A stretch of 54,898 nucleotides of DNA from Nitrososphaeraceae archaeon (GTDB taxonomy: Archaea > Thermoproteota > Nitrososphaeria > Nitrososphaerales > Nitrososphaeraceae), in contig JBIOZG010000022.1 of NCBI GenBank assembly GCA_044870765.1, forward strand, positions 1 to 54,898. Reading direction: 5' to 3'. A program made the translations under genes and the position numbers. The notes beneath the pieces were generated by a model. The model worked only from the letters and a program-made list of their open reading frames with translations, had not been told where the DNA came from and made no database searches. Below are positions 39,414 through 49,508 of this stretch, piece by piece (position 1 is the first letter of the stretch; every line of letters starts with the position of its first letter).

Positions 39414-39790
39414 ACGTATGCTAGAATCTAATATTTATTAAGTCTTTTCTACTCACTAGAATCATATAAATACATGTTCTTACTCCTTAGGATTTAACTT
39501 TTTTATAATTTGTTGACCAATATATATCACCGTTATGCAAAATATCATCCTGATGGGCCAAGATGTAAAGCGGCCCATCAGTGTCTTCTAAACTTGCATA
39601 ATTTAAACAATATTTCCTTTATTTATTTGGCCTTAAATTTCGGAATCTTCATGTTCTCCTATTTTAAATCTGCTTCTAACGCTTTTTACCTTTTCTTCGC
39701 CGATTTGCTCTGTTATCAACCAACTTTCACAAACCTTCAATTGTAAAGAACTCCCACAAAGCCCACTACATCAGTACATATTCTTAATAC

Positions 39791-40336
39791 TTGTTGCTCA
39801 CTCATATAACAATGGCAGACGACGTAAATAAAATTAAAAAATGGATTAAAAAATGGCAGAAAGATAAAGGAGATATCGGAGCAGGAGAAGAGAACCCACC
39901 TGTTACAGGGCCGGAGGAAAAACTTCGAGAAGCAGAGAAAAACTTTCGAGAAGAGGCAGCGAAAGTTGACAAAGTTGAGAAGTCTGGCGATACCATGCCA
40001 CCCGAAAACATAGTAGAACATGAGCTTGCCGAGGTTAAGCGATTTAAAGATAATTCAAAGATAGTTGAAAAAGGTAGAGTCGGTATAAATCTGCTAACAC
40101 ATAAGCCCATAGTAACAATGTTAGTTATAGTGGCAATAGTATTGGGTGGCTTTTTACTTTATTCGCAGATGCAATTAAGTAACCAATCATATAAAATTGA
40201 GAACTTTAACGCAAATTGGAACCAATCCTTAGCAGATCTTCGCAGTGGAAACACATCGATAGTTGAATATTGCAATAACCCTGTTCATGATGAGGATCTT
40301 TGCAATCAATTTAAGAGTCTACAGTACATGAATTGA
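39791..40336 (+). CDS. Single-TM hypothetical protein (likely start 39812)
   Basis: Charged N-terminus, TM helix, C-terminal YCNNPVHDEDLC. Confidence 0.75.
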   Translation: MLLTHITMADDVNKIKKWIKKWQKDKGDIGAGEENPPVTGPEEKLREAEKNFREEAAKVDKVEKSGDTMPPENIVEHELAEVKRFKDNSKIVEKGRVGINLLTHKPIVTMLVIVAIVLGGFLLYSQMQLSNQSYKIENFNANWNQSLADLRSGNTSIVEYCNNPVHDEDLCNQFKSLQYMN

Positions 40337-40599
40337 AACTACACGAATTGCAATTGCCACAATTGTAGTATTCGGACTTAGAGGCAAAAGGATGTATTAA
40401 TCCTAATGCGCCTTGTGGAGGAAGTCTAGCATTTAATGCATGTCAAGGACGCTGCGCGTTAACTGCTTGTTTTTTAATTGACAATCTTCTTTACTAGTGA
40501 TTAGAATCATATAAAATATTCATAATGTATGTATCGTTGGTTTCTCTGAGAGAGCACCATAGTTATAAACAAATGACAGGATTAATATTGTTTTAGAAA

Positions 40600-40673
40600 T
40601 GGGGCTGGTCGGATTTGAACCGACGACCTCCAGCGCCCGAGGCTGGCATCATACCAAGCTAGACAACAACCCC
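40600..40673 (-). tRNA. tRNA-Pro(CGG)
   Basis: GGGGTTG/CAGCCCC acceptor stem, CCAGC-CTCGGGC-GCTGG anticodon arm, GGTTCAAATCC T arm; no intron, CCA not encoded. Confidence 0.97.
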
Positions 40674-40766
40674 TCAACAGTTTATTTCAAAATTCCCTTA
40701 ATATACTATAATATAATATTTGATGCAGATTAGCTATCATAGAATACTTTCACGAGACACTAACAA

Positions 40767-42068
40767 TTACATTTCTTCGTCTGTTAATGGAGAATCAACA
40801 ACTTTTCTTGATGTGGGATTTACTATATTCTTTTGAACCAATTGTCTTACAATATTTGCCGCAAAAGGAAGTGCTCCAGTCGCACCAGGCGAATTGTAAT
40901 TTAATATATGCAACGAAGATTCATTTTCCACGAGTAAACTCTCTGCTGCAAAGTTTCCATTTTTATCGATTAACAAAGATCTAATACCAGATCTACCTCT
41001 TTGTTTAAAATCAGATGAATTCAATGAGGGCAAAAATCTCTTTACTCTATTTATCATGTTTGTTTTGGATAAAGAACTAGATAACTCATTCGATACCAAT
41101 CGTATAAACTCTTTATTTAAAAACAATTTTACAACTCCTAATTTAGAGGATTCAAAAATTTTTGGAACTACATTTTTCAAGTTATCAGCCAAGTTATATG
41201 AATACGGACTAAATACTGGAACCGCATTTGGTCCTATTTCACATCTTCCATCAGTTCTCCTAATCCAGTGGGGATCTAAAAAAGGATAATCTGTATATCG
41301 CGGTACCGAGTAGATACTTCTTTTGGTAAGGTTACTATATTTTGGTGGCGCTGTCAAATATTCTCCTCTAAAATGTAGGTCAGTAAATTCCTTGGCAAGA
41401 TCAACGCTATGCGCAATATCGAGCGAATTACCCCCAGCTGCATTTATTACATAATCTGAAGTTATATTTTTGGCAGTCCCAATGATGGTCATTCTTCTCT
41501 TTGCTCCTGTATTTTTATTGGAAGAAATTTCTCTGAATTTATTTTCAAATGATGTATTACAACCAAATTTGATTGCGTCTTCCTTTAGTTTTTGATTTAT
41601 GAGACCAAAATCAGTTGAGGCGTCCTGGAAACACACGAGTCCAGATTCACACTTTACATTAGGCTCAATCCCAAACATTTCACTTTTACTTAAAAATTTT
41701 ATATCCTCGTTATTCAGTCCGTTCCTGCGTGCCCATTCAACATGTTTGATCAAGACATCAATTTCACTGTCATCTGTTGCAACTTCAACAACTCCATCTT
41801 CTATAAACGGTAAATTATGAAGAGCGCAATAACGCTTTATCATTTCATATCCCCTTATTGTGTAAGCTGCAGTGGATGGTTTTTTTTCTGGGTCATAGTA
41901 AAAGGGCGCATGAACTTTTCCAGTGTTCCTGCTACTTGTATGCAGACCCACGTTTTTTTCCTTTTCCATTAACATAATTGAGGAATTTGTCATGATGGAA
42001 AGGAAATAAGCAATGGAACAGCCTAATATGCCACCACCAATAATCAATACATCATAATTGTCGTGCAA
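40767..42068 (-). CDS. FAD-dependent oxidoreductase, L-2-hydroxyglutarate oxidase (LhgO)-like
   Basis: IIGGGILG, HTSSRNTGKVH, FRGEY, PFLDPH, GPNA, SPGATG motifs. Confidence 0.85.
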   Translation of the reverse strand: MHDNYDVLIIGGGILGCSIAYFLSIMTNSSIMLMEKEKNVGLHTSSRNTGKVHAPFYYDPEKKPSTAAYTIRGYEMIKRYCALHNLPFIEDGVVEVATDDSEIDVLIKHVEWARRNGLNNEDIKFLSKSEMFGIEPNVKCESGLVCFQDASTDFGLINQKLKEDAIKFGCNTSFENKFREISSNKNTGAKRRMTIIGTAKNITSDYVINAAGGNSLDIAHSVDLAKEFTDLHFRGEYLTAPPKYSNLTKRSIYSVPRYTDYPFLDPHWIRRTDGRCEIGPNAVPVFSPYSYNLADNLKNVVPKIFESSKLGVVKLFLNKEFIRLVSNELSSSLSKTNMINRVKRFLPSLNSSDFKQRGRSGIRSLLIDKNGNFAAESLLVENESSLHILNYNSPGATGALPFAANIVRQLVQKNIVNPTSRKVVDSPLTDEEM

Positions 42069-42151
42069 ATTATTTCATCTCTTTACTTGATCAATTCGCA
42101 TACAAAATAATTATTGTCATTTATCACAGTCCAATCAATTACAATACCATT

Positions 42152-42709
42152 TCATTTTTTATTTTTGTAATTTATATGAAACTCCAATGATTTGTAAAAA
42201 GCAACAATCGAAGATGCATTTAATATTTTTCCATCATATAGTAACTTTTTAATTTCATCAATTGGCAGAATCGCCGTCTCTATTATCTCCATCATACCCA
42301 AATTTTGTTTCCTTTCGTTAACCAAATCGTAACCCACAAACAAATTGCCTGTCTGTTCAAACATGGTATAATCCAATGTGTATGAACCCAGGTCGATAAT
42401 ATTATTTGCTCTGTAGCCTGTTTCCTCTTTTAATTCTCTCACCGCTGCCTCTAATGGAGTCTCGCCTGGGTCAATATAGCCAGAAGGAGCTTCAATTTGA
42501 TATGAATTGACCAAATGTCTGTAACTTTTGATTACCAGAATCTCATTATCTGAAACAAACGGTACTATCGTAGAATAGTCTTTTCTTCTTGCCCTTGTAT
42601 AGATCTTCTTTTTGTTTTTAATGTCCAGAACGTCCTCATATAGTTCGATGTATTTGTTGGAGTATATTTTCCGTGATGATTCGAGCTTCCATCCAGTCGG
42701 TAGATTCAT
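42152..42709 (-). CDS. NUDIX hydrolase (ADP-ribose pyrophosphatase-like)
   Basis: Nudix box GYIDPGETPLEAAVRELKEETGY. Confidence 0.93.
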   Translation of the reverse strand: MNLPTGWKLESSRKIYSNKYIELYEDVLDIKNKKKIYTRARRKDYSTIVPFVSDNEILVIKSYRHLVNSYQIEAPSGYIDPGETPLEAAVRELKEETGYRANNIIDLGSYTLDYTMFEQTGNLFVGYDLVNERKQNLGMMEIIETAILPIDEIKKLLYDGKILNASSIVAFYKSLEFHINYKNKK

Positions 42710-42839
42710 AGCTTTTATTCATACTTTTACTGATATTTGCTTTTATGCAAGTCGTCTAATTAGAATAGGATTGCTTAGTATTTCCAAAGTATTGATAATT
42801 TCATATTAAATGAATTATGCCTGTGCCAGTCTACAGAAG

Positions 42840-43157
42840 TCATACTCCTGCAAGCTTGACATTTCCATAAATACACGCGTTTTGCAAATCCTTGATCTCA
42901 TGAGGTTTATGCTTTCTGATCTCGACTGTATATCCACTCGTAGAATGATAAAAAATAACCATATCTGTTGGATAAAGCGACAGCATTGCATGATTTTCAG
43001 GATCAGATGTCATGTGTCTTAGGTGTACTCGTTCCCAGGAAAACAACTCATCGATATTTCCATTAAAATGGAAATTACTGCCACACGGGCATGATGAATC
43101 TCTCCAATTTCCTTTGATGTTCTTAAGCCATTTATCCTCTCTGTCAGTTGATTGCAA
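42840..43157 (-). CDS. Hypothetical protein
   Basis: 105-aa ORF with SCPCG..W...H motif and TATA upstream. Confidence 0.6.
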   Translation of the reverse strand: MQSTDREDKWLKNIKGNWRDSSCPCGSNFHFNGNIDELFSWERVHLRHMTSDPENHAMLSLYPTDMVIFYHSTSGYTVEIRKHKPHEIKDLQNACIYGNVKLAGV

Positions 43158-43252
43158 TATCTCTTTGTATTACATCTACCTCAACATATATACTATTAAA
43201 TCTCTTTTTAACAAAATTTCACTTACAGAATAGCTGATTTCAAACAGGTTTG

Positions 43253-45115
43253 TTAGGTATTCGTAGTTTGTCGTTGAACCTGTGCGTTGTTTGAATCAAT
43301 ACCATTCCAAATAATTTCATAACCCATTTTTGTAATAAGTAAGGTAACACATTCTTCAGGTATATTACTTTGACGCAGCAGTCTAACTGCATCCTGTAGC
43401 TTTCCAATTTTATCAAGCTTTGGTAACAATTCGCTAATTTTATCATTGGATATCATATAATTGTCAACTAATAAGAATTCCCTCAGTTTCTCTGTCATCA
43501 CTTTTTCTGAATTGTTAGTATTTAATTGAAGGTTTCTAATGGTCTTTACCACTGATTCAATCGGAATATTGTACCTGTCTGAGATTTCTCCAAGTGATAT
43601 AACACTATTTCTTTGCCTGTCGTGAATTACCTTACCCATTTCTAAAGCAATCGTATCATGCAGATTGACCGATATCTCGTCAATTATTTTATTATCGATA
43701 TCCTTTAGATAGCTAATTATTGGACCAAATGGAATTTCGTCTTTTCTATAAAAAATTAAATGTTTTTTATTCACAAATTTAGAAAAAACAGAATCGATGG
43801 AAATCTTTTTTCCATTTTCAGAAATACAATTATCCATATTTGCAACAACTAACAAATCAGGACCGGTTGAAGTTTCAGTTTCGGATTTGCTGGTCAGGTC
43901 TTTTATCTTTTCTAATTTCCTTTTCAAATAGTCCTCAGTCCAGAAACCTACTATCTCTAAATAGACTTTAACGCCATATTTTTCAAATACAAAATCAGGT
44001 ATGAATGCTTTACCGCTCGAAAGAATCAATGGATCCGGTTCTCTGACTAGGTGCCATCCAGTAGAAAACTTGAGAAATTTATCCATAAATTTTTTTTCAA
44101 CGCTGCTATCAAAGTACTCCATACTGTAGTTGTCATATGATAATCCTGGTCCTGATTTTTGCTCTGATTGAAGGTCAAAAGTTGACGCATCAAATAGAGG
44201 TATATCCTTGCCTGTGCTTGAGAGCTCAAAATCATAGGTCTTTTTCATACCGGAGATAGATTTTCTTAGTATTGTTGCATTAATGGACCAAATTTCACTA
44301 AAGATTATTGAAGGAATTAATTTAGCCATTGCCATACCGTATCTATCAGTCAATCTTACAATGCTAAGTGGACCATTAACTGTGCATATAATCTTGTTTT
44401 CCTTTTTGTTTTTCAATAATATTTCGTCCCTTTTTGTCTGAGCATTTGATTCTGATCCGTAATTGGATTCACGGTACAAAGAGTACATCAGTCCAAGTTG
44501 TTTTATTTTGTGCAAGATTTTCTTCCAACTGAAACCACCATAGATACTGAATTCCATTTTTACACTGTTTAGCAAAAGAGTTTGAAGAGCGGAAACATTG
44601 TACCAGGCAACCAATTGTAATGAAGTTAAAGAATCAAAATTTTTCAAATATTTATTTTTCTCAAGGTCATTCCACATTGCCATTTCCACATCATTTACAG
44701 ATAGATTGTTTTTTGAAGCAACTTTTTGAAGGATATTCTTTCTTTGGTTTTCTGTTACGGGATAACCTAGCAGAGAAGCTATTTCGAATATTTGCCTTCG
44801 AAGGTGTATGGCATTCATTGTATCATTGTTCCTTGCATTAGAAAATCCACTTTCGTGAGATGCATATTCACATCTCTGTTCTAAAAGATGACATAGAGCC
44901 CTAACAAGTTTATAGTCTGGGTTTTTTGCTTCTACCTCTGAAAGATTTTCATCTACATTTGATTTTGATAATTTCGTATCGGCCATATCTTCATACATTT
45001 TGATAATCTTTGATGGTAAGGCTGGTTGGTTATCTTTTTCAGAGTCAATAAATATTGGCTTTATTTGATTCTTCTTACTTGAAATCTGCACTCTTAGTAG
45101 CTCAATTGGGAACAT
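43253..45115 (-). CDS. DUF790 family / Bax1-like endonuclease
   Basis: DYKLVRAL, YNVSALQTLL, GPLSI...RYG..MAKLIP, FDSSVEKKF, REPDPL..FIPDF..YLEIVGFWT.DYL.RKL. Confidence 0.88.
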   Translation of the reverse strand: MFPIELLRVQISSKKNQIKPIFIDSEKDNQPALPSKIIKMYEDMADTKLSKSNVDENLSEVEAKNPDYKLVRALCHLLEQRCEYASHESGFSNARNNDTMNAIHLRRQIFEIASLLGYPVTENQRKNILQKVASKNNLSVNDVEMAMWNDLEKNKYLKNFDSLTSLQLVAWYNVSALQTLLLNSVKMEFSIYGGFSWKKILHKIKQLGLMYSLYRESNYGSESNAQTKRDEILLKNKKENKIICTVNGPLSIVRLTDRYGMAMAKLIPSIIFSEIWSINATILRKSISGMKKTYDFELSSTGKDIPLFDASTFDLQSEQKSGPGLSYDNYSMEYFDSSVEKKFMDKFLKFSTGWHLVREPDPLILSSGKAFIPDFVFEKYGVKVYLEIVGFWTEDYLKRKLEKIKDLTSKSETETSTGPDLLVVANMDNCISENGKKISIDSVFSKFVNKKHLIFYRKDEIPFGPIISYLKDIDNKIIDEISVNLHDTIALEMGKVIHDRQRNSVISLGEISDRYNIPIESVVKTIRNLQLNTNNSEKVMTEKLREFLLVDNYMISNDKISELLPKLDKIGKLQDAVRLLRQSNIPEECVTLLITKMGYEIIWNGIDSNNAQVQRQTTNT

Positions 45116-45318
45116 TTACAATTTTTACCTCTTGTAATGATAATTAGTAGATTTAAATCATATCATCACCTTAAAAATTTTTCATTTTAGAGTGCTTGAA
45201 ACCCAATACAATCTGCAATATTAGTTCAAATTGAATGGATTTTGTAAGAGCGTACCACCCACCCACCCTCCTACTAGTGTGTCAAGCCTTAAATGTAATT
45301 CGCTGCATGATGTATAGA

Positions 45319-46497
45319 ATGAGAAACAAAAAATCGACTTATTCAAATTCTCACATGCAAGAAGAAAAAGATGACAATACTGAAAATATTTCTAATGATT
45401 ATGCCGAAAATATTGTAAACGAAGCGGAACAACCAGTAAAAGAAGATAATGAAAATACCATTATGAATAGTGATGCATCATTAGGTACGTTATCAGAACA
45501 ATCTCAGATTACCGATTTAACTAATCTTGAAATTCAGGATATTGAAGGAATAGGTCCTACAACTGCTAAAAAGCTCAGAGAAGCAGGAATTTTTTCCGTA
45601 ATGGATCTTGCTGTAGCCGGAGTTGAAGATCTAGCTGTAGATATTAATGCATCCAAAGATAGTGCAGCTTCATTTATAATGGCAGCCCAAAAACTCCTAA
45701 GAGAATCAGATGTTCTCAATAAAGAATTCATTACTGCTGATACTGCACTAAAGAAAAGAAGATCTTTGTTACGATGTTCTACTGGCTCAAGTATGCTTGA
45801 TGATCTATTCCTTGGCGGTATCGAAACACAGGCAGTTACTGAACTTTATGGCGAATTTGGCTCAGGTAAGTCTCAGATATGTCATACTATGTGTATTACT
45901 GCTGGACAACCAACCGAATTGGGTGGATTAAATAGCGGCGTTATTTACATTGATACTGAAGGAACATTTAGACCTGAAAGACTGGAGCAAATATCTAGCA
46001 ATAGAAATATAGATCCAGTACAAGCACTGCAAAATGTAGCCGTGTGTAAAGTCTATAATAGTGCACATCTAGAGTTAATCGTTAAAAATCTTGGCAAATA
46101 TATAGATGATTACAAAGCAAAATTAGTAATTGTCGATAGTATAATCTCATTACATAGAGCAGAATTCTCTGGTAGAGGAACACTTGCCGATAGACAACAA
46201 AGACTTAATTCTATTATGCATAAACTTCTTCGAATTTCAGAAATTTATAACATTGCAATAATTGTTACAAACCAAGTGCAATCTGCTCCAGATACATTCT
46301 TTGGTGACCCAACAAAACCTACTGGTGGAAATGTAATTGGCCATGCTTCAACTTATAGAGTATACCTGAGAAAATCCGGTGAAAACAGAATAGCGAAAAT
46401 GATTGACTCTCCATATCATCCATATAGTGAAGTAAGATTTACCGTCAATGAGAAGGGAGCCGATAATCTAGATGAGAGCAAAAAATCTAAAAAATAA
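45319..46497 (+). CDS. radA: DNA repair and recombination protein RadA
   Basis: HhH IEGIGPTTAKKL, GEFGSGKSQ, YIDTEGTFRPER, IVDS, GGNVIGHASTYR; start inferred from TATA at about 45288. Confidence 0.96.
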   Translation: MRNKKSTYSNSHMQEEKDDNTENISNDYAENIVNEAEQPVKEDNENTIMNSDASLGTLSEQSQITDLTNLEIQDIEGIGPTTAKKLREAGIFSVMDLAVAGVEDLAVDINASKDSAASFIMAAQKLLRESDVLNKEFITADTALKKRRSLLRCSTGSSMLDDLFLGGIETQAVTELYGEFGSGKSQICHTMCITAGQPTELGGLNSGVIYIDTEGTFRPERLEQISSNRNIDPVQALQNVAVCKVYNSAHLELIVKNLGKYIDDYKAKLVIVDSIISLHRAEFSGRGTLADRQQRLNSIMHKLLRISEIYNIAIIVTNQVQSAPDTFFGDPTKPTGGNVIGHASTYRVYLRKSGENRIAKMIDSPYHPYSEVRFTVNEKGADNLDESKKSKK

Positions 46498-46592
46498 ACA
46501 ACACAATTTTTTTATAATTTGTCTAGGAAAAATAATGCCTTCAAGTATTTTCGCGTTTATGTTTTCACCGCGATTTTCATCAGGTTCGCTAT

Positions 46593-46814
46593 CTAAGTGG
46601 AACTATCAATAGCAAATGATATCTTTACGCAGGTTCGATATTTTGATATTTTTCCTGAGCTGGGATCCACATTCGCAGTCATATCGACAACTTCAATACC
46701 ATGAATTCCATGTAAGGTCCTCTTTGCTTCATCAACTGCAACTTGTGCAGCATCTTCCCATCCTTTATCGGAGCTCCCTATTATTTCAATTATCTTTGCA
46801 ACATGATGAGTCAT
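46593..46814 (-). CDS. Dodecin family protein
   Basis: VAKIIEIIGSS.KGWEDAAQ.AV.EA..TL...YR..VKISF. Confidence 0.9.
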   Translation of the reverse strand: MTHHVAKIIEIIGSSDKGWEDAAQVAVDEAKRTLHGIHGIEVVDMTANVDPSSGKISKYRTCVKISFAIDSST

Positions 46815-46943
46815 AACAAAAGCATAATGAACTGCATTTGTTATAAACTTTATAAAATCAAGTGGAAATAAACACAATTTAGAAACGACAAAGCCAATTT
46901 GAAGTTAAGCAACGATTAAAAATGATGTTTACTACAATTTATT

Positions 46944-47648
46944 ATGATTAATCACAATAATCGAAGAGTAAGAGGCGATGGCAACTTTACTATTTTGCTT
47001 TTCAGTTATTCGTTAGTGTTGTTTTCTGTTTTATTGTCGATTCAACTAAACAACTTCAAGATATTTGCATCTGATGCTTGGGTTGAAAATGCGTTGTCTG
47101 AAGGTGGACAGGTTTGTCCACTTGAATCTGAATGTGATAGACAGAATGAAAATCAAACAGATGCTCATAATATGACTATGAACGTCCCAGCCCCGGGAAA
47201 AACTGAAAGTGGACAAGGTTCAATCGGCGACTCTGGTTCAATAGTTAATAATTCAAATTCAAACAAGGTTCAAAATGAAACCAACTTGGCTAATGATACA
47301 TTCGTTAATGGAGAAATCAAAAATTCAATAAGTGATATAATAAACATTACAACTGATAAGCAAATTTACAATCCTGGAGAGATTGTTGGCATTTCGATAA
47401 AGAACTCGGGATCAGAACAATTAATATTTCCAAACTCTGCGTTGGGGCTTAAGATAAAAAATTTGGCATCAAATGAATTATATCCGATTCTATCTTCGCA
47501 GGTGATAACGATTCTCGGTCCAGGTGATTCAAAATCTCTTCAGTGGGACCAAATTGGTATTGACGGAAATCAAGCTCCGTCGGGAAATTATTCGGCATCA
47601 GTAAATTCAGGCATTAACACAGCGGAAACAAGTTTTTCAATTAAATAA
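46944..47648 (+). CDS. Exported protein with C-terminal Ig-like domain
   Basis: Signal/TM segment; TTDKQIYNPGEIV.ISIKNSG...WDQ..DGNQAPSGNY. Confidence 0.75.
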   Translation: MINHNNRRVRGDGNFTILLFSYSLVLFSVLLSIQLNNFKIFASDAWVENALSEGGQVCPLESECDRQNENQTDAHNMTMNVPAPGKTESGQGSIGDSGSIVNNSNSNKVQNETNLANDTFVNGEIKNSISDIINITTDKQIYNPGEIVGISIKNSGSEQLIFPNSALGLKIKNLASNELYPILSSQVITILGPGDSKSLQWDQIGIDGNQAPSGNYSASVNSGINTAETSFSIK

Positions 47649-47763
47649 ATTTTACTGTAGCTTTTTATTGTAGGTGCCATGCCAACGGGATCAAGTTGAC
47701 TTGAAATTTCTTTCTCAATAAATTTTCAGTATATCAAAAGCAAATTAAAAAAATATGCATTCA

Positions 47764-47838
47764 TGGGCCCGGAGGGCTTCGATCCCTCGATCTGTGGTTC
47801 CGAAGACCACCGCGATATCCTGGCTACGCTACGGACCC
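47764..47838 (-). tRNA. tRNA-Arg(TCG)
   Basis: GGGTCCG/CGGGCCC acceptor stem, GTGGT-CTTCGGA-ACCAC anticodon arm, T arm GAGGG-ATCGAAG-CCCTC. Confidence 0.95.
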
Positions 47839-47977
47839 TTTGTTTCTAACTTTTAAAATTAGATTCAAACTTCTATATCAATTGAGCTAATTAATATTCA
47901 GTATTTACAATAATACATAAAATCACTGAATAACAATCAATTTATTATCTCAAATATTTCTCAGTAATTGTAATTAA

Positions 47978-49162
47978 TTGAAGGTATCCGACAGAATATC
48001 CAATGTTGAATATGCTATCAGGGACATAACACTGCATGCAAGACAATATGAAAAAGCTGGAAAAAAAATTATTTACCTAAACATTGGAGATCCAGTAAAA
48101 TACGATTTTCCCACTCCGGACCACATAAAAAAGGCATTGATTGATGCGGTCGCTAGCAATTTTAATTATTATGCGGATTCTGAAGGCATTTTAGAATTAA
48201 GACAGGCCATAGTAAAGAAAGAATCCCAAAAAGGATTATCCATCACTGTTGAAGATGTTCTTGTCACCAATGGTATTTCTGAAGGACTCGACATGGTAAC
48301 CGCATCCATAGTGGAACCAAATTCAGAGATTTTGATGCCAGGGCCTTACTATCCGCCGTACGCCTCATATGTAAAATTTTACGGGGGTAAGCCTATTGAA
48401 TTTAAAATTACAGAAGATGGAACACCCGATCTTGACGATATTAAATCAAAGATTACACCAAAGACAAGAGCATTATGTGTTATTAATCCTAATAATCCTA
48501 CTGGCGAGGTGTTTGACAATAAGAGCCTTAAACAGCTAATTGACGTGGCTAGCGAACATGATATCTACATTATATGTGATGAAATTTACGATCGATTGGT
48601 ATTTGATAAGGAATTTACTGGGATTGGTAAAGTTGCAAAAGACGCACCGGTGATACTACTAAATGGATTTTCAAAAGTTTATCTTATGACAGGATGGCGT
48701 TGCGGATACATATGTATGAATAGCGATTGTCAGAAATTAGAGAATATCAGGAACAATATTCCTAAACTTGCTAGGGTTCGAATTGCTACTAATCTACCAG
48801 TACAAAAAGCTGCAGTTGCTGCTCTGGAAGGTCCCCAAGGATACATTGCCCAAACTGTAACTAAATTAAAGAAAAGAAGGGATTTGGTAGTCAAAAGACT
48901 AAATGAGATAGATGGAATTTCCTGTAAATTACCAAACGGTGCATTCTACACATTTCCGAAAATACTTCATGACGGCTGGAAGGATGACAAAAATTTTGTT
49001 CTCGATCTGTTAGACAAAACTGGTATTCTCACTGTGCATGGTTCTGGTTTCGGAGAATTGGGTAAAGGTCATTTTAGGATAGTTTATCTTCCAAATGAAC
49101 AAGTACTTGAACAAGCAATGGACAAGCTTGCTGCTTTTGTTAACACTCGCAACAGAAATTAA
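47978..49162 (+). CDS. Class I/II aminotransferase (alanine aminotransferase-like)
   Basis: EYAIRDI, LNIGDP, NPNNPTG, DEIY, GFSKVYLMTGWRCG motifs. Confidence 0.92.
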   Translation: MKVSDRISNVEYAIRDITLHARQYEKAGKKIIYLNIGDPVKYDFPTPDHIKKALIDAVASNFNYYADSEGILELRQAIVKKESQKGLSITVEDVLVTNGISEGLDMVTASIVEPNSEILMPGPYYPPYASYVKFYGGKPIEFKITEDGTPDLDDIKSKITPKTRALCVINPNNPTGEVFDNKSLKQLIDVASEHDIYIICDEIYDRLVFDKEFTGIGKVAKDAPVILLNGFSKVYLMTGWRCGYICMNSDCQKLENIRNNIPKLARVRIATNLPVQKAAVAALEGPQGYIAQTVTKLKKRRDLVVKRLNEIDGISCKLPNGAFYTFPKILHDGWKDDKNFVLDLLDKTGILTVHGSGFGELGKGHFRIVYLPNEQVLEQAMDKLAAFVNTRNRN

Positions 49163-49220
49163 TTAAATCTTAATTGTTATTATATCAAATTATCCATTTC
49201 TTACTTTCATCATTCTTAGA

Positions 49221-49508
49221 TCATCCTGACATCCTAACATCATCATAATTGGAATCCGTCCTACTTCTAAATTTACCCCAATATAGTAATACTCCCCCAC
49301 CAATCAACATTGCTACTACAAATTTTTCGTTTGTCATTGAATTATTTGTGTAGTTATCAAGATAGAAACCAACAGACAATTCTGTAGAATAAAGATAAAG
49401 GTTCCTTAATGCAATGACTGTAGCCATCACAATAAATAATATTCCCATTCCGTACATCCAATTCTTATCGTGCTTATCATCTGCATTCCTAATTTGAAAC
49501 GGGTTCAA
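49221..49508 (-). CDS. 2-TM hypothetical membrane protein
   Basis: Two hydrophobic segments; 4-bp overlap with the upstream gene. Confidence 0.7.
   Translation of the reverse strand: MNPFQIRNADDKHDKNWMYGMGILFIVMATVIALRNLYLYSTELSVGFYLDNYTNNSMTNEKFVVAMLIGGGVLLYWGKFRSRTDSNYDDVRMSG

Noticed and set aside
10293-40600. Provirus or integrative element spanning the accessory region
   Set aside because: No integrase, transposase, capsid, packaging ATPase or conjugation genes were recognised.
45235-45318. ORF-track N-terminus of RadA
   Set aside because: It overlaps the likely TATA box (about 45288), so a later ATG is preferred.
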